Shown here: positions 63,134 to 64,000 of the stretch, in pieces
Position numbering within the stretch: the stretch's first letter is position 1
Layout of the letters: the number at the start of each line of letters is the position of its first letter
Program-made: the position numbers and the translations under genes
DNA from: Lingula anatina
Taxonomy: Eukaryota; Animalia; Brachiopoda
Assembly: GCA_051362555.1 (NCBI GenBank)
Contig: CM120643.1
Span: 6,448,001-6,512,000, forward strand
DNA length: 64,000 bases
Direction: 5' to 3'
Notes under the pieces: generated by a model
What the model saw: the letters and a program-made list of their open reading frames with translations, nothing else
Told to the model about the DNA's origin: nothing
The model's database searches: none

Positions 63134-63326
63134 ATGGTTATTATTGTTATTATGATAATTATTTATTAAATAAATCTCATCACTTCAGACATTTAGAAAT
63201 AAGGAAAATTCAGAAGTACTTTTAATAGAATAGATTTATTATATATTTACAAAAAGATTTTTTGTTTGTCTCTTTGTTTTAATGGTATCATAGCTAAGTA
63301 AGCTTTGTTTTTTAGAGGAAAAATTT

Positions 63327-63541
63327 GACTGCATTCCCATAGATTTAGATCAATCCATATAGAACGACCTAACTCCCTGGGGGTTCATGCTAAATTGCAG
63401 TCAGCCGAGCGCGCACGGTAGTTAATTACCCCCTTACAGCTTTTAGTAGGCGGGACAGACATTTAAGCCCGCTAAGCTGACAGTAATCCAGTGAGACTCC
63501 CCACAGGGATAGATAGATCTAAAATCTGTAGGAATGGGGTC
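63327..63541. mobile_element. Harbinger-like MITE, copy 2
   Basis: Homologous to 43106-43319, with TTT on both sides. Confidence 0.7.
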
Positions 63542-64000
63542 TTTGTCTAACAGCTGGTAAAACTGCACATGAAAGCAGGAATTATATGATAGCAGCCAGG
63601 AGCTGGTGGTTGTAGACTTACTGTTAACATCTTTTTACAACTGATAGATTATATTATATATTTCAATATTTTCATCTTTAATTTTTCAGAGTCGTCAGTG
63701 CAGAACCATTTAATGCCTCAGTAGCAGCCACTTAAAAAACTTCAAAATGTCATTCTCTTAATTTCAAAATAAAATATAAATTTTGTGCATTTTGTTTTTC
63801 TTTCTTTTCTTAAATGAGGATACCATTGGGGAGGGGTGATCAAAGTTCATGGGAAATAAAATCATCAATTCAAAAATTTACTAGTCACGAGAAGTGCTTC
63901 ACGGATCACCCAAAGTAAATGGTGGTTACAGTGGAGGAATACGAAAAAACTATGTTATTGACGCTGCCAGTAAAATAACGAGAGATCTCCCCCAACTGGA

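Overview
AT-rich, intron-containing animal (probably invertebrate) genomic DNA dominated by transposable elements. Two near-intact retroelements lie on the minus strand. One is a DIRS1-type tyrosine-recombinase retrotransposon (~16628-21267) with ITRs, an internal complementary region, gag, RT/RNase H/methyltransferase-like pol and YR. The other is a Mag-like Ty3/Gypsy LTR element (55532-60619) with apparently identical 175-bp LTRs, a GTAAG TSD, PBS and PPT. The window also holds decayed coding fragments (OB-fold, Gag, Ginger-like integrase/Ulp1/PHD, DUF4806-like, piggyBac, MULE, THAP+SWIM, hAT, Penelope-like), many MITEs with readable TSDs, Helentron-like elements (one carrying a 146-bp satellite), a disabled and internally shortened LRP1-like receptor gene, and a candidate micro-exon gene with a cationic amphipathic C-terminus. 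Best leads are a candidate -1 ribosomal frameshift signal joining DIRS gag to pol, the symmetric micro-exon gene, the shortened LRP pseudogene and the co-oriented TE-fragment mosaic. All family calls are by-eye motif recognition; no database search was run.
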